Assembly: GCA_003599415.1 (NCBI GenBank)
Contig: QZKB01000047.1
Coordinates: forward strand, 1,832-65,831
Direction of reading: 5' to 3'
DNA length: 64,000 nucleotides
Source: Ignavibacteriales bacterium
GTDB lineage: Bacteria > Bacteroidota > Ignavibacteria > Ignavibacteriales > SURF-24
The notes beneath the pieces were generated by a model. That model was not told the origin of the DNA. It saw only the letters and a list, made by a program, of their open reading frames with translations, and searched no databases. Positions within the stretch are counted from its first letter, which is position 1; every line of letters begins with the position of its first letter. This document shows, piece after piece, positions 1 to 10,500 of the stretch. The position numbers were made by a program, and so were the translations under genes.

Positions 1-1937
1 ATGTAAGCAAGATTTTAAAATATATTGAAGCTGAACAACCTGTAGAAGATTCATTATTTTCCTCCACCACCAGGATGATGGATTACAGCCAGTTTACTTT
101 ACGCGGTCATTATACTGATCCGTATTCGCCAAAGCTTGGCAAATATTTTAAAACAATGATGTGGCTTGGCAGAACCGAAATCTACCTGCTTGCGCCCAGA
201 GCGTTAGAACCCGCACCTACTAAGGAAGATATTCAACGTCAGACTATTTTGGCATTGTTGGTGCGCGAAGCGTTGCATGCGTCAAATTCTGTTCAGTTGT
301 GGAAAGAAATAGATGATATAACAAAGTTCTTTGTGGGTGAATCCGATAACGTTACACCGGAAAATCTTGATGATCTTGTTGATGCTATCGGAATAACAAA
401 TTCATCAGATTTGCTTGATACTAACATAGTTAAAACATTCCAGGATACACTGAAAACAAAATCCTATGCTTTCCAGAGAATCTTATCCCAGATAATTATG
501 ACCGGATTTAACGATCCGGATAGTATAATTCCGGCTTCGTCGTTCTTATTGCTTGGGCAGAGATTTATTGTTGATTCTTATGTTATAGGTAATGTGGTAT
601 TTGATAAAATTGTTTACCAGAATCAAAGAGTAATGCGTATGCTTCCTTCAACGCTTGATATTTTATTTGCGTTAGGAAATGATGCCTCGGCCCAGCTTCT
701 TACTTCTGAACTTGAGCAATATCATTATGCGCCCAATTTATCTGCTATGAGGTATTTAATTGATAATTACGGAGATGATTTCTGGAATGCAAGCTTATAT
801 AATCTCTGGTTGAATTCAATAAGAAAACTGAACCCACCCGAACAAAGGCAAGACTTACCTATGTTTATGCAAACTGGTGGATGGTGGCAGGAAAAGATGA
901 ATACACAGCTTGCTTCCTGGGCACAGTTAAGACATGATAATCTGCTCTATGCAAAACAATCTTACAGCGGCGGCGCTACATGTTCCTATCCATATAGCTA
1001 CGTTGAACCGATACCACAGTTTTACAATGCAGTAAAACTATTCGCATCAACAGCTAAAAACTTCTTTGAAACTAAATTGAGTCTGGAAGGCACAGTATAT
1101 TATTTTGATGACGTTATGAAAATTTGTGATACACTTGCAACCATAGCAGATAAAGAATTGAACAAACAGCAGCTTAGCGATGTGGAAACTTCATTTTTAA
1201 AAAGAATGCTTTATGAAGGAAATATGTGCGGTATACATTATAACGGATGGTACTCTGAATTGTTTTATACTCCGGAAGAAACAGGACTTCTGAAAGAAGA
1301 TAAGGTAGTTGCAGATGTTCACACAGCGCCGACTGATGAATTTGGTGGTTTAGTGGGCTGGGTAATTCACGCCGGTACTGGTCCTATTAATCTTGGCGTA
1401 TTTATAGCAGAAGCAGCTAACAATTCTCCAATTGCATATGTTGGTCCGGTATTAAGTTATTACGAACACACTACAACGAATTTTAAGAGACTGACAGATG
1501 AAGAATGGAAAGACATTTATAATGTTGCCCCTTCATTAAGACCATCATTTGTAAATTTATATCTGGCAGATAACACCGGTATTTCTAAAGGTGAAGGATT
1601 GAATTTAATGACTAATGTTGAGAAAGATGAAAGTAATAAACAGATTCCGCAGACGATGCTGCTGGTACAGAATTATCCGAATCCGTTCAACTCATCAACA
1701 ATAATTAGATTTAGTGTTCCGGCAAGTTTAACAAACCAGAATGTTACGCTGAACATTTACGATGTTAACGGACAATTGGTTAACCGGTTATTGAATGAAA
1801 ACTTACCTGCAGGTAATTATCTCACTCGTTGGGAAGGTACAGACAACAAGGGAATGACAGTTACAAGCGGAATATATTTTTATAACTTAAACATAGAAGG
1901 AAATCAGATTTCCGGAAAGATGAGTTTAATAAAATAA
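1..1937 (+). CDS. DUF3160-like secreted protein with T9SS C-terminal sorting domain (5' end cut by window edge)
   Basis: Frame 3 is open from nt 3, so the gene starts upstream of the window. The 'DYSQFTLRGHYTD' motif is one I recognise as DUF3160-type. The C-terminus 'NYPNPFNSSTIIRF...VTLNIYDVNG...GIYFYNL' is a T9SS type-A tail. Confidence 0.65.
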   Translation, partial: VSKILKYIEAEQPVEDSLFSSTTRMMDYSQFTLRGHYTDPYSPKLGKYFKTMMWLGRTEIYLLAPRALEPAPTKEDIQRQTILALLVREALHASNSVQLWKEIDDITKFFVGESDNVTPENLDDLVDAIGITNSSDLLDTNIVKTFQDTLKTKSYAFQRILSQIIMTGFNDPDSIIPASSFLLLGQRFIVDSYVIGNVVFDKIVYQNQRVMRMLPSTLDILFALGNDASAQLLTSELEQYHYAPNLSAMRYLIDNYGDDFWNASLYNLWLNSIRKLNPPEQRQDLPMFMQTGGWWQEKMNTQLASWAQLRHDNLLYAKQSYSGGATCSYPYSYVEPIPQFYNAVKLFASTAKNFFETKLSLEGTVYYFDDVMKICDTLATIADKELNKQQLSDVETSFLKRMLYEGNMCGIHYNGWYSELFYTPEETGLLKEDKVVADVHTAPTDEFGGLVGWVIHAGTGPINLGVFIAEAANNSPIAYVGPVLSYYEHTTTNFKRLTDEEWKDIYNVAPSLRPSFVNLYLADNTGISKGEGLNLMTNVEKDESNKQIPQTMLLVQNYPNPFNSSTIIRFSVPASLTNQNVTLNIYDVNGQLVNRLLNENLPAGNYLTRWEGTDNKGMTVTSGIYFYNLNIEGNQISGKMSLIK

Positions 1938-1963
1938 TAATTTAAGGTTGAGGGGATTTTGAG

Positions 1964-3262
1964 ATGAAGTATAAAATTTTTCTGCTATTCTTGCTTACTG
2001 GTGGATTAGGAATTTGTCAATGGATCGAGCAGAACAGCGGCACCACGACTGATTTGTATGAAGTTTGTTTTACAGATTCTCTAAATGGTTTTGCATTGGG
2101 AAAATCAATTTTACTTCATACTACAGATGGTGGAAATAATTGGAGTTTTCAAAATTATTCATTTCAAAGCATAACTAAAATAAATGCTTATGATAAAAAT
2201 ATCGCAATCATAACTGGTGATTCTGAAGTTGTTTACATTACAAGAAATGGTGGTAAAAACTGGATAACATCCCGCACCGGATATCCTTATCACTATCACC
2301 ATTCTTCCTTTCTTAATGATAGTACCATTTATATTACAGGAACAATTCAAAAAGAATTTTATGGAGGGGGACTTATTTTAAGATCAACTGATTATGGCAT
2401 TAGTTGGGATAAATTGTATCAGACTAAATATGGAGTTGATCCAATTCCCTACTGGATTGATGATTTGTTTTTTACAAGTATCGATACAGGATACGCAATA
2501 TTCCACATTTCATTTGATAACTTTGGTCCAAACTATTTTATGAAAACTACAAATGGAGGTTATAGTTGGCTTCAAATAAGTGAAACACCCGGAATGGTTC
2601 TTGATCTTGAAAATAAAGATAATATCATATGGGCTAAAGCTGCTGGATTCAATTTTTCTACGGATTTTGGATTAACCTGGCAAATTGCTAATATCGCTTA
2701 CTGGGCAATATTGGATATGCATATTATAAAAGATAACTATGGTCTTTTTCTTATTTATGAATATTATGAAGATGCAATGAATAATAGATCAAAGTTAAGG
2801 TTTGCAGACATAACAGATAGTCTTTTTTACACCGTTTCCCTTCCTGATAGTTTTGTCGCCTATTCTTTTTCTTATGTAAATGAAAGGAATATTTGGTTAT
2901 GTGGTAAAGATGGAAAGATATTTAAATACAATACAACACCAGTTAATGTTATAGAAATTAATTCGGTTGAGACTATCTCTCTTTCCCAAAACTTCCCTAA
3001 TCCGTTTAACCCTGTTACAAAAATAAAATATACCATCCCTACCTCACCCCAGCCCTCTCCTTACCAAGGAGAGGGAGTAAGGGTGAGGTTGAAGGTTTAT
3101 GATATCCTCGGTAACGAGGTTGCTACTCTTGTAAATAAGGAGCAACCTACCGGAGAACATGAAGTTGAGTTCAATGCGAATAATCTTTCAAGCGGAATTT
3201 ATTTTTACGTACTTAATTTTGGCAATCAAAGGTTAAGTAAAAAGATGTGTTTGATAAAATAA
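1964..3262 (+). CDS. BNR/Asp-box (Ycf48-like) beta-propeller protein, T9SS cargo
   Basis: Signal peptide. Repeated SxDxGxxW-like motifs (TTDGGNNW, TRNGGKNW, STDYGISW, TTNGGYSW, STDFGLTW). T9SS tail 'NFPNPFNPVTKIKY...GIYFYVLNF...KMCLIK'. RBS-like GAGGGG upstream. Confidence 0.7.
   Translation: MKYKIFLLFLLTGGLGICQWIEQNSGTTTDLYEVCFTDSLNGFALGKSILLHTTDGGNNWSFQNYSFQSITKINAYDKNIAIITGDSEVVYITRNGGKNWITSRTGYPYHYHHSSFLNDSTIYITGTIQKEFYGGGLILRSTDYGISWDKLYQTKYGVDPIPYWIDDLFFTSIDTGYAIFHISFDNFGPNYFMKTTNGGYSWLQISETPGMVLDLENKDNIIWAKAAGFNFSTDFGLTWQIANIAYWAILDMHIIKDNYGLFLIYEYYEDAMNNRSKLRFADITDSLFYTVSLPDSFVAYSFSYVNERNIWLCGKDGKIFKYNTTPVNVIEINSVETISLSQNFPNPFNPVTKIKYTIPTSPQPSPYQGEGVRVRLKVYDILGNEVATLVNKEQPTGEHEVEFNANNLSSGIYFYVLNFGNQRLSKKMCLIK
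3041..3089. repeat. GC-rich imperfect palindrome, family 1, in frame inside a T9SS sorting domain
   Basis: ACCTCACCC-cag-CCCTCTCC-ttaccaa-GGAGAGGG-agtaa-GGGTGAGGT. The outer and inner arms are exact reverse complements. Translated as TSPQPSPYQGEGVR. Confidence 0.85.
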
Positions 3263-3271
3263 AGGGGAAAA

Positions 3272-5200
3272 ATGCTAAGATTTATTTGGATCTGTTTAAT
3301 CGTTTTTACAAGTGTTCTTTTTGCACAGGATGAAAAGGAGCTACAGGATTTACGAGGACTTGAAGATAGCTTAAACAATACTCATCTGTTTTACAGGATA
3401 TATGAGTTAGATAGAAACAGTATGGGTTCAATTAACTATGGATTAAATCCAGTATATCATCTTGACTTAAACAGCAAAACAGATACTTTATTTTTTATAG
3501 GTGTTGACAATGAACCTGTCGGATACTTTGAATCTATTTATGATTATGACTTCTGGAATAATGATCCTTCCAAATATATTTGCTGCGGTACTTACGGTGG
3601 ATTTGACGCAAGTGCATTCATTAAAAGATTTGACGGAGAGAAGATTTCAAATTGGAATGGACACTCACCCAAGATAAACATATCAAGACAAAATGATAGT
3701 TTAGTTTATGCCAACATTTGGAATCTCGTAACAATAAAAAGTTTTGATGGCGGAAGAAACTGGATAACATTACAAAAACAATTAGATTCTTCAGCTGGTA
3801 TAATTGCACTATCTCCTTTTAATGATAACTATTTATTTGCAATCAAAAACTCTTTTAATATTTATGCTTCTTCAGACGGAGGAGCAACTTATATTGATGC
3901 CGGCATTAAGACTAATGATAAAAGTAAATTTTATTTTGATTCTGATTCCAATCATGTTTACGCGCTTATTTGTCAAAGTGATTATGGCGATTCACCTGAT
4001 ATATGGTACCTGTTGGTTTCTGATGGACAGCCTGAGTTTTATTCATTTAAGAATAAATACTTTTTCGGACCAACTTATGATAAAATCCTTTTAGCGATTG
4101 ATGATTCCAGGTCAGGCAACCTATACGCCGCCATCAGAAACAGGATTTATAAATCAGAGGACTACGGAAATACCTTTTCTTTATATAAAACAATGCAAAG
4201 AAAGGTTACCGGCATTTATAAGAAACCCAATTCCGGTTTACTATACGTAATGACGAAATATAACATCCAGGAAATTTCTGATGATACTGTTAAAGTAATA
4301 AAGCAACTACAACCTTCTTTAGAATTTTTTAAATACTATCCATTGGCTGTTGGAAATAAATGGCTTTATTATGGTGAGTACAATAATTGGATTCATCCTC
4401 GCCAGTTTAGAGTACAACGTGAAATAACAGATTTTGTAAAGAAAAATAATGGTAATACCTATTTTGAAATAACTGAAAGCAGCGATATAGAAGAATTTCA
4501 AAATATCTATTATGAAAGAGTTGACTCAGCAACCTGCAATATATTTAGATACAATGCAGATTCAGTTAACTCCAATTCTGAATATATAATTGATGATCCT
4601 ACAATTGATTTAGGTGATACAGTAAAAAGTTTTAGGTTTCCTGATAGAGACAATTATACACTTCCGGTTTTTATATCTGATAGTGATACGAATTTGTTTA
4701 ATCAGTCCAGTCATTTAATCAATTTCATATACGGTAAGATAACAACCTGGTCATACTCACTTGCTAAGAATTTCGGAATTAAGTATGTAGCAAGTGGAAA
4801 CGACACCAGGTTTTATAATTGTAGTCTGATTGGAGCTTTAATAAATGGCGTTATATACGGCGATTCATCCGTAGTTAGCGTAAATGAAGATAAAAATTCT
4901 GCTATTACTTTTTCTCTTGCCCAAAACTTCCCTAACCCGTTTAACCCAACTACAAAAATAAAATATACAATCCCCATAGGGACGAGGCATTCCGCCGCAG
5001 GCGGATCGTCTCTACAAAATGTACAATTGAAAGTTTATGATATCCTTGGTAATGAGGTAGCAACTCTTGTAAACGAAGAAAAACCTGCCGGCGAATATGA
5101 AGTTGAATTAGATGGAAGCAAACTATCAAGTGGAATTTATTTTTATGTACTTAATTTCGGCAACCAAAGGTTAAGTAAAAAGATGTGTCTGATAAAGTGA
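3272..5200 (+). CDS. Asp-box repeat secreted protein, T9SS cargo
   Basis: Signal peptide. Asp-box-like motifs SFDGGRNW, SSDGGATY, SEDYGNTF. The T9SS tail ends in the same 'GIYFYVLNFGNQRLSKKMCLIK' as the upstream gene. Confidence 0.65.
   Translation: MLRFIWICLIVFTSVLFAQDEKELQDLRGLEDSLNNTHLFYRIYELDRNSMGSINYGLNPVYHLDLNSKTDTLFFIGVDNEPVGYFESIYDYDFWNNDPSKYICCGTYGGFDASAFIKRFDGEKISNWNGHSPKINISRQNDSLVYANIWNLVTIKSFDGGRNWITLQKQLDSSAGIIALSPFNDNYLFAIKNSFNIYASSDGGATYIDAGIKTNDKSKFYFDSDSNHVYALICQSDYGDSPDIWYLLVSDGQPEFYSFKNKYFFGPTYDKILLAIDDSRSGNLYAAIRNRIYKSEDYGNTFSLYKTMQRKVTGIYKKPNSGLLYVMTKYNIQEISDDTVKVIKQLQPSLEFFKYYPLAVGNKWLYYGEYNNWIHPRQFRVQREITDFVKKNNGNTYFEITESSDIEEFQNIYYERVDSATCNIFRYNADSVNSNSEYIIDDPTIDLGDTVKSFRFPDRDNYTLPVFISDSDTNLFNQSSHLINFIYGKITTWSYSLAKNFGIKYVASGNDTRFYNCSLIGALINGVIYGDSSVVSVNEDKNSAITFSLAQNFPNPFNPTTKIKYTIPIGTRHSAAGGSSLQNVQLKVYDILGNEVATLVNEEKPAGEYEVELDGSKLSSGIYFYVLNFGNQRLSKKMCLIK
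4977..5014. repeat. GC-rich palindrome, family 2 (long form), in frame inside a T9SS sorting domain
   Basis: TAGGGACGA-ggcatt-CCGCC-gca-GGCGG-a-TCGTCTCTA, with nested stems (one G-T pair in the outer stem). Translated as IGTRHSAAGGSSLQ. Confidence 0.8.
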
Positions 5201-5209
5201 GAGGTGGGT

Positions 5210-7522
5210 ATGAAAAAGATTTTAATATTTTTATGGCTGCCATTTATATTGAACGCTCAATGGATAAAACAGGAAAGCTACACTACAGAAAATCTGACAG
5301 ATGTTGTAATGCTTGATTCTGTTACAGCAGTTGCTGTTGGCCAGGGGCGCTCAATTTTAAGAACCAGTGACGCAGGTAAGACATGGAAGAACCTTACAAT
5401 TATGCTGTCGTCAGTGGTTCCATGGAATGGAGTTGCATTTGCAGATTCTTTAAACGGTGTAGTTGTTGGTGAAAATCAAATAAGGTTTTCATCTGATGGT
5501 GGTAGATTATGGAAGGTAAATACCCCACCCTACCGCAGAAAATTTCTGTCTGCTTTATATCCATTTCCGGGATTTATTTATGTCGGTGCTGATTCAGGTT
5601 GGATTTTTCATTCAACTGATACAGGAAAAACATGGTCCGCACAACAGATTGACAGCACTTCAATACGTGCTATATTTGCCTGGTTTAATGGTCCAACTGA
5701 ATGGATTCAAATTTTTGCTTTAACTCCAATCACTTTATATACAAGCTGGATGGTTACATCTTATCCATGGGAAAAAACTAATCTTCAGGTACAAGGACTT
5801 GGCTCAGAAATTTTTGATGGAGAATTCAGCCGCGATGGTAAGATAGGATATGTGGTTGGTGTTCAGGGAGATAAATGGCTGCAACCAAGAATATCCCGGC
5901 TAAAATTATTTGATACATCATGGACATCAATTGCGAACGGAATTACAGTTTCAGGAATTTTGCATGGTGTATCTGCACCATCTGAAAAGACTGTTTACAC
6001 CTGCGGAACAAACGGATTAATATTTAATTCAACTGATGGCGGAGAGAACTGGCAGAAGTACGATACACCTACCAGCCAAAAGCTTAATTCAATATCATTC
6101 TGTAATAACTCTGTTGGAATGGCAGTTGGAGATTCAGGAGTAATATTTTATACTTCCAACGGCGGAGTAATTCCGGAAATAACTGGTACGCTGATTCCAT
6201 ACGGCTTACAGGATAAAGTAATTACTTCACTGGCAGCAGAAGAATTAGATTACGGAGACAATTTATACATTGGCACAAATTGTCTTTTTGCAGGAACGGA
6301 TAAAGACGGTATTTTCAAAACAGATCCGTTAAGTAAACTGACAGAATGGACGCCGCTTGGACTAACAGGTAAATATATTAATGCTTTAAGTGTACAGTGC
6401 TGGGGCAGAGGTCCGGCAGAAGGATTGAAATTATTTGCGGCTGTTACTCCAAAATTTGAAGATAGTGATTCAACGCTGATCTATCAGAGAGAAGGATTTT
6501 TTACATCTGATACAATTTGGGCAGCTCTTGATAGTGGAATTGTTAAAACGAATACTTTAGTTAATGCAATCAACGCTTTTTATTATTCTGGTCATACTCC
6601 ACCGGGAAATATTTTAGCTGGTGCAAATTCAGGAATCTATAATTACAAAGTTGATTTCTGGGAGCAGGTAAATAACGATGCAAGTATATCTGATATTGAT
6701 GTATATCCGCATTGGTTTGGAAATTTAGTTTGGGCAACAGGAAATTACGGACGCGGTCCGTCAGCATTTAAATCTACTAACCGGGGAGAAACATGGAACC
6801 AGATATTTATACCTCATCCTCTTGATGGAAGTTCGTCTTCCGTTTGCATTAATACGCGCTACCCTGATTCAGTTTATTTTGCTGTTAATGGTTCAATCTA
6901 TCTTTCTCCTGATAGTGGAGCTACAATTAATGAAATATTTGCAAGCGCTCAGGGAAGTATCAAAGTAGTAGGGCTTGATCCATTAAAACCTGAAAATATT
7001 TATGCAGGCGGTTCAGCAGCACAAGGCGATTATTATTTTTGCAACAGTACAGATGGCGGAAAAACCTGGACTAGAGTTGAATCCTTTTTTAGCAGACCAA
7101 TTAAAAATATTACCTCAATTTCTGTTGTCAATAATCCATCCGGCAATGCTTTAGTTTTCCTCGGTACTGAAGGGACAGGTGTATGGTGTTACACATCTCC
7201 AGTGACAACTAATATCAAACCAGTTAAAATTATTCCGGAAGAATTTCGGCTGTACCAGAATTATCCTAACCCGCTTAACCCAACCACAAAAATAAAATAT
7301 TCCATCCCCGTAGAGACGTTGCGCGCATCGTCTCTACAAAATGTTACTTTGAAAATTTATGATATTCTTGGTAATGAAGTAGCTACTCTTGTAAACGAAG
7401 AACAACCTGCCGGAGAATATGAAGTTGAGTTAGATGGAAATAAACTAACGAGCGGAATATATTTCTATCAACTGAAAGTTGGAAGTTATATTTTAACAAA
7501 AAAAATGTGCTTAATAAAGTGA
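5210..7522 (+). CDS. Multi-propeller BNR/Asp-box (Ycf48-like) protein, T9SS cargo
   Basis: Motifs TSDAGKTW, SSDGGRLW, STDTGKTW, STDGGENW, STNRGETW, STDGGKTW. T9SS tail '...KMCLIK'. I prefer the ATG at 5210 (GAGG 6 nt upstream) over the GTG at 5204 given in the ORF track. Confidence 0.7.
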   Translation: MKKILIFLWLPFILNAQWIKQESYTTENLTDVVMLDSVTAVAVGQGRSILRTSDAGKTWKNLTIMLSSVVPWNGVAFADSLNGVVVGENQIRFSSDGGRLWKVNTPPYRRKFLSALYPFPGFIYVGADSGWIFHSTDTGKTWSAQQIDSTSIRAIFAWFNGPTEWIQIFALTPITLYTSWMVTSYPWEKTNLQVQGLGSEIFDGEFSRDGKIGYVVGVQGDKWLQPRISRLKLFDTSWTSIANGITVSGILHGVSAPSEKTVYTCGTNGLIFNSTDGGENWQKYDTPTSQKLNSISFCNNSVGMAVGDSGVIFYTSNGGVIPEITGTLIPYGLQDKVITSLAAEELDYGDNLYIGTNCLFAGTDKDGIFKTDPLSKLTEWTPLGLTGKYINALSVQCWGRGPAEGLKLFAAVTPKFEDSDSTLIYQREGFFTSDTIWAALDSGIVKTNTLVNAINAFYYSGHTPPGNILAGANSGIYNYKVDFWEQVNNDASISDIDVYPHWFGNLVWATGNYGRGPSAFKSTNRGETWNQIFIPHPLDGSSSSVCINTRYPDSVYFAVNGSIYLSPDSGATINEIFASAQGSIKVVGLDPLKPENIYAGGSAAQGDYYFCNSTDGGKTWTRVESFFSRPIKNITSISVVNNPSGNALVFLGTEGTGVWCYTSPVTTNIKPVKIIPEEFRLYQNYPNPLNPTTKIKYSIPVETLRASSLQNVTLKIYDILGNEVATLVNEEQPAGEYEVELDGNKLTSGIYFYQLKVGSYILTKKMCLIK
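7310..7337. repeat. GC-rich palindrome, family 2 (short form), in frame inside a T9SS sorting domain
   Basis: GTAGAGACG-ttgcgcgcat-CGTCTCTAC, a perfect 9-bp stem. Translated as VETLRASSLQ. Confidence 0.85.
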
Positions 7523-7593
7523 TTGCATAATAGGAAGTTTTTGGAGAGAAATATTTATAAAAATAAAAACAGATTTTAAGGATAGGGGTATTA

Positions 7594-10500
7594 ATGAAAC
7601 AGTTAATGTTGCTTTGGATGTTGATAATTTTAATAGCATTTAGTGCTATTTCTTATTCTCAATCCAATATTAGAACATGGACAGAAACCACAGTCCAGGA
7701 TTTTTCCGATGATCAACTTTTGAATTTAGTGATCACTAATAATTCGGGTGGTGAAGTACAATTTGCACATCCATTAATAAAAATTACCGAAGATAATATT
7801 GATAATTCAGTTCACCGTTTTATTGAAAGAGATAGTTCTGGAAGTTTTGTAAGAGCCCGGTTTCAAAGTGGAAATGTATATTTAGATAAATATTCTGAAG
7901 ATGGAAGATCACTTCTTAATTCAGTTCAGGTAAATGAACAAGGTGAAAACCCACATAATGACTACGATATCAAGGTTGCAATACTTAAGGATGGAATTTC
8001 GATTGTAATTTGGAGATGCACTAATTTTTATTGGTATGGTCAGATTTTTTCAAAACTGCTTACTAAAGTCGGTTCAAGTTTTAGGCTAAACGAGAGTGTC
8101 TCAGAATATCAGGCTTGTGTTTTCGCAGATAATGCCAACCACTCCTTTGGAATAATATACAGCCTAAATCTTACGACTAATTATAAACTTTTCTTTCAGA
8201 AAAGAGATTCTTCGGGAAATAAAACAACTGAAAGTGTTTATCTGAATCCTGATTATATAACAAAATATGAATTCGGTCCAACAGCTGTTAGTGATGATAA
8301 AGGCTTCTGGGTTGCCTGGGATGGTGCTGATGGAAATAGTACTTATGATTCAGATTTGTACATGCGTCGGTATACTTTTAATGGTGAACCTATTGGCAAC
8401 GCTTTTATCGTCAATGATAATTTACTAATGTTGCAAGGTGGAGCAGATTTAGCAATTGATAGTAATTCAAATCTTTTTGTTGTATGGATAGACGAAAGAG
8501 ATGGTATAGAACCAATAACTTCTGGACAATTAAATATCTATGGTCAAATTTTTAATTCTGACGGAATTAAAATTGGAAGTAATTTGAAACTCAATTCATT
8601 TGGAAACAGAAAAGAAAATACTTTACCAGATGTTGATTATAATAATGGAGAATATAAAGTTTCATGGCGCTACTGGGATGAAACCTACAGACGTTATTTA
8701 ATTCTAAAAAATTCTTGGAGGTTAGAGCCGAAAGATTATGGTGAGATAAAATCATCCATTTTTATGACGGATCCCAATGGTTCAAAATTCAATAAAATTT
8801 TTTGGAAACATAATAATTCTAATCAAGCACAAATAAAATTTAAATTAAGAACAGGAAAGACTCTTGATGATTTAGAAGAATCTCCTTGGTACGGCCCAAC
8901 AGATACACTAGGATTTTATACTAATTCAGTAGGAGAAAATATTTATGATAAACATTATGGTGATAATTATATTCAGTATAAAGCGTATCTGTATAGAGAC
9001 TCTAATTCTTCTCCCCAATTAAATGAGGTCTCAATAACCTACTCAGTTACTGATACGATCAGCCCCTCAGAGCCAACAAATTTACTTGCCACATCTAATC
9101 ATTCAGCTATTAAATTAAGCTGGGATAAAAATAAAGAAAATGATCTGATGGCATATAACATTTATAGAAGAACTGAAGGTGAAAATTATAATGAAGATAA
9201 CAAATTTATAGTTCAAAGACATGAATTGAGTTTTATTGATGTAAGTGCTACAACAGGTATAGTGTACTTTTATGTCATAGTTGCAATTGATTCAGCGGGC
9301 AATAAAAGCGACTATTCTAATGAAGTTTATGCTGAATCCTTTGGTTTATGTATTTATGTTAGTGAAAATGGGCAATCAATTGGAGAAGGGACAATAGATA
9401 AACCTTTTAGAACAATAGAAGAAGGCATGAAAAATGCCTTTTATGGAGATACAATTAAAATTTTACCGGGTAGTTATAAAGATCCCTTTACAATGAAAGA
9501 AGGAATTTCTCTGATAGGCTCAAATGCAGAAGAATGTAAGATCAACGTTTTAGTTGAAGCTTCCAATGAATCTCTGATTCAAGGATTGACTTTTACAAAA
9601 TCCATAAGATGTAGTTCAGCTTCTCCAATAATAACGGAAAATATTTTTAAAGGTGCATTTGATTCATATTCCCCAGCTATTTATTTGGAATTTTCATCAA
9701 ACCCGGTAATTAGTAAGAATTTTATAACTGATTGTGATAATGGCATTATTATTTATAATAGTAAACCTGCCATTCAAAATAATATTATACTTGTAAATTC
9801 TGTTGGAATAAATTTAGAGTCATCAGCAACAATTATTAATAATACAATAATTGCAAATAGATTTGCTGCACTGAATTTAAATTCACCCGAAAAATCAGTT
9901 ATTGAGAATAATATTCTTGTTACACTTGATGAAAATGCTATTGCATATCCGCGGTCAAATCCCGATAACAATTTAACAGTCTTCAATAACTTTTGGAATA
10001 AATACAAAACAAATACTATTGTTTCTTCGTTGAATACATTTCTGGATCCACAATTTGTAAATATAGATTTACAAGATTATCATCTTTCAGAAACTTCACC
10101 TTGTAAAAATGCTGGTCACCCAAATGTAACTTATAATGATGCAGACGGCTCCAGAAACGATCTGGGAGCTTATGGAGGTCCTGATCCAATAAATGGATCA
10201 TTATCTTCATCGTTAATAAGATCAATTTATGTTTCCTCACAATCTGGTTATCCGGGAGATACCGTATCAGTTTATATTAGCTTAGATAAAATTGTTGGTT
10301 TGGCAAAGGCAGAATTTGTACTTGAATATGATAATTCAATTTTAGAATTTCAAAGAGCAGAGTTGACGCAGGCTACAAAAGACTTTGTTCTTTCATATAG
10401 CTTAAGATCTCAAAAAGAAATTTGGTTTTCTTTATCTAATTCTACCCCACTAAATGAATTAAATAAAAACGTATTACTGTTAAAATTTGTTGTTAATCCG

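Noticed and set aside
3041-3089. Reading 'SPQPSPYQGEG' as a functional Pro/Gly-rich linker or collagen-like motif.
   Set aside because: The peptide is fully explained by translation of a DNA palindrome. A near-identical DNA copy occurs in another gene, and there is no Gly-X-Y periodicity.
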